A stretch of DNA of 32,000 nucleotides, from positions 33,047 to 65,046 of the forward strand of contig JAUWMV010000005.1 of NCBI GenBank assembly GCA_030613005.1, written 5' to 3'. Made by a program: the position numbers and the translations under genes. This document shows positions 30,301-32,000 of this stretch, piece after piece. Each line of letters opens with the position of its first letter. The stretch's first letter is position 1. The notes below the pieces were generated by a model, which worked only from the letters and a program-made list of their open reading frames with translations, searched no databases and was not told the DNA's origin. The DNA comes from a bacterium (lineage in GTDB: Bacteria; UBP14; UBA6098; B30-G16).

Positions 30301-32000
30301 TATCCCACATTAGCAAGCCAATAATAGGTGTATTCCGTGGATGCTGTAACCTTGAAATCTATATATGCTTCGTCATTAGAAGGTAATGCTGGTAACTGCG
30401 TTCCGGAACCGGGATCGATAATTTTATATGCTTGGTTTACGTATTCAAATTGAAGAGGGTTAGGTAGTGGAGCGTAGTATGTGTAACTGACTCTTATGGG
30501 TTCGTATCTATACTGTCCCCAAATTGTTTTGTAAGTAACCTTACCGTAAGTTGTATCCTCATCCGGTGGGAATGGCGATTTCATCGTAGGTTCGTGACCA
30601 CCAAGGTTCATTACAGCGATATACGCTCTTCTTGGATATGGAATAATGCCTGCATCGATTTGAGTCGTATCCCAAACTGGAGGTCGGTAAGATGTATCTG
30701 GTACAAATCTGAAGCCTTCATAACTGCGTATTGTCATATAAATAAGTCTTACAAATACAGGTTTATCAACGTCTTCAGGTTGATGTTCCATCCACCATTG
30801 CCAGTTTTCATAGTAATAACCGGTATCAGCTGGTGCCCTATCACCTGTTGAAAGTCCGAGATTTTTTCCCGCGCCTTTTGCCATTTCTAACAGTGGTGGA
30901 GGATCTATCCATAATTCCCAACTAACATACGGGTCAAACCAACCGTAACCAATGACTTGTCCGATGTTCCAAACTAATCTCCATGCACGAATTTTATCAT
31001 CTGGGTCCTCAACTTCAAAAATGCCATCACCATCGCTATCTACCGGCCTAATTCCGTCATGATCGATGTCTTCGTATTCGTTGCTCCACGGATTGAACCA
31101 GTATATTTCAACTAATTCTACCGAATCATATTTTGGATGAATAGTTGAGAAGTTCAACCATGCATCGGGATCGCCATCTTTGTCCATGTCATATGTGACA
31201 ATTGTGGGACGTATACCAGCGGATGAGTCTGCAGTTCCTCGAAGAACGTCTACGAATTTTCCGCCTGGTGTCCGAATAATAGGAATTTCTCGACTTCCAA
31301 CCCAGTAAATTGGAACATCGAGAGGTATATGTTGAACATATTTTGTATTCAAAGCGGATGTTCGTTCTTTGTTTTCCATTGTCATGAAAATTTTGAACGG
31401 TTGGTAATATTCACCCAAAATATTTTTCCAGTTGAGATCAGCATCCGCAAGAATATTGGCACTGAAGAGGACCATAGTCCAGAGATCGTATCTGTGGTCG
31501 AAATCAGTTCTGCAGTCGGATTCTTCATAAGATACAATTCCAGATGAAGGTCTTAGATACTGTCCTTTAAGGTTTTCCCTCAAATCATCAACCTTCGGAT
31601 CAGTGATATCAGGAGTTCTGAGTCTATATTCTATTGTTTTGACATCTCCAGCGGATAGTCGTCCCAGTGTCCATGAGATATTGTTGCCTGAAACAGTCGG
31701 TGGAGGACCAGTGGGACAATCCACATAGTATAGATAGCCACTCTTGTATTCGCTCAATTTGACATCGTCAACACCTTCATTCCACAAGTTTCTTGTGCGA
31801 ACAGTTATAGTAATTGTAACGGAATCATCTGCAGGAATTGCAAATGGTGCTACATGTGTAGATTCGGGTAGTGTAACTGGACTGTGAACTTTTCGTTGAT
31901 GTAAGACTTTGTGGGAAAATGCACTCAGGACTGCATTAGCTGTCCACAACCATTGATTGTTGTCCTCTGTTTGGACAATACCTGCTGTGGGCATTCCCGC
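27315..32000 (-). CDS. Very large secreted multi-domain protein, 5' end outside window; Asp-rich Ca-binding-like motifs, CARDB-like domain and FlgD-Ig/T9SS type A-like C-terminal domain
   Basis: Open to the window edge with no upstream stop, so M at 31994 may be internal. 'DMDKDGDPDAW', 'DSDGDGIFEVEDPDD' and 'DDDDFDGVDDWMDD'; CARDB-like 'YVYIDPDSIIGETNEKDN'; C-terminus 'NPFKDYTEIIYTLLRPVQSLKVEVFTLRGRLVKKF...GYHALPWTGQDNSNDQIANGSYIYKITA'. Confidence 0.85.
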   Translation of the reverse strand, partial: AGMPTAGIVQTEDNNQWLWTANAVLSAFSHKVLHQRKVHSPVTLPESTHVAPFAIPADDSVTITITVRTRNLWNEGVDDVKLSEYKSGYLYYVDCPTGPPPTVSGNNISWTLGRLSAGDVKTIEYRLRTPDITDPKVDDLRENLKGQYLRPSSGIVSYEESDCRTDFDHRYDLWTMVLFSANILADADLNWKNILGEYYQPFKIFMTMENKERTSALNTKYVQHIPLDVPIYWVGSREIPIIRTPGGKFVDVLRGTADSSAGIRPTIVTYDMDKDGDPDAWLNFSTIHPKYDSVELVEIYWFNPWSNEYEDIDHDGIRPVDSDGDGIFEVEDPDDKIRAWRLVWNIGQVIGYGWFDPYVSWELWIDPPPLLEMAKGAGKNLGLSTGDRAPADTGYYYENWQWWMEHQPEDVDKPVFVRLIYMTIRSYEGFRFVPDTSYRPPVWDTTQIDAGIIPYPRRAYIAVMNLGGHEPTMKSPFPPDEDTTYGKVTYKTIWGQYRYEPIRVSYTYYAPLPNPLQFEYVNQAYKIIDPGSGTQLPALPSNDEAYIDFKVTASTEYTYYWLANVGYDLGQFDYDYINTWDRGWDRTSTVPDSLGDGVFGYVVVTIPKGIGDYSIKLPRDAITGEFDWEHIFPEYVTLIDTNSLIDTAVYVLEYPFKYEIYCPQILIPPALDDDDFDGVDDWMDDKGDRFVSSTGYLHDIFPPGDGEDAEIDYWLNPWDTTVTIEGDLAHAHKGWNPGPDSSYGDDLPEKLGETHLTIRAIWEGSGWEGPVKVNDGAVLVNEEIFGGSPWVQWSHALFAEARGHHIAINRDVTPTIVSLYLDTIFLRYEIYDKNEPHKFNELYDPWANAFSNGQATIIAHIGGRDPSSLFEPDVINHSRIDPTRESVTVTAIPWAEDLPDDHFLVEAGYPKEITGAILTTIVEVDNASGLIWDDITCKPDLSELGSTEPVLWYSAYPRPFVPAHYDPSTEEWLPGDDPRTFRAGWRFNSSEREMLFMIGNEDGSASIPEVLSSRRVYFIFHLRIDPSLQVDVYDIPFKITANVREYDTKIGDGFPSTIEAPSSKFAIVRWGRNTTPPFVIAPAKLTEFEDSLEGFVSVPTPVSAVWDWHKPEVALFDTAYSSVSGSYSDSTLTLTLPSDIIEFPTKEHNSLWFGIKAVTDPIRGDDKLLVSNSPIIRYNDWASIEREGRGSKFWISAQGPQITPFKAITEVNGEEVRPDGYFALHQGENEMVVTVTIGNPGNDLASDPKVIVNIGKDAEFVSTSTPFTYNFDTIKKRLIIEPPDMPPGKRFDIPIKLSVPTTEIQRSLEICYTTVAEFYGPMIEPTGLARTTIVDDRRKFTETDPETLYYGANLYISDEDISLANQINDIGDDAILNVKVHYKGNMKLENVPVRITDQNGIQVGEDQYIAILAIQADSFATVSFTYPMNNWYERAYVYIDPDSIIGETNEKDNMASCELTVGRGNPLTGIINYPNPFKDYTEIIYTLLRPVQSLKVEVFTLRGRLVKKFAGPTTPGYHALPWTGQDNSNDQIANGSYIYKITAKDSEGKKFVQRSIAVRMR

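Noticed and set aside
1-32000. CRISPR arrays, toxin-antitoxin pairs, retrons, prophage or transposon ends, or a defence island
   Set aside because: No regular direct-repeat/spacer pattern, reverse transcriptase, nuclease/helicase set, integrase or transposase is visible. The recognised content is housekeeping, transport and secreted proteins.

Overview
AT-rich bacterial chromosomal window, probably from an FCB-like or candidate-phylum genome. The lineage is an inference from T9SS-style C-terminal domains. It is densely coding, with no CRISPR array, rRNA, tRNA, integrase, transposase or recognisable defence island. From left to right: the end of an upstream CDS, a GT4 glycosyltransferase and queA (+). 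Next is a compact minus-strand array read right-to-left: TrkH/KtrB and TrkA/KtrA potassium uptake, gcvH, gcvPA, two DUF3857/transglutaminase-like envelope proteins, an S41 C-terminal processing protease and gcvPB. Then come PhoH, a TPR protein, a type I glutamine synthetase, a degraded mini T9SS cargo gene, dinB, a 1293-aa secreted VWA/Ig-like protein and two overlapping CNNM/CorC-like genes, all on +. The window closes with a very large secreted CARDB/FlgD-like protein (-) that runs off the right edge. The best leads are: (1) gcvPA and gcvPB separated in one apparent operon by a three-gene envelope cassette; (2) a DUF3857/transglutaminase-like paralog with all three presumed catalytic residues substituted, next to a lipoprotein paralog that retains them; (3) a frameshifted, shortened T9SS cargo relic; (4) a multi-module secreted VWA protein with a Cys/Asp-rich loop. 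I found no convincing complete undescribed system; these are leads only.
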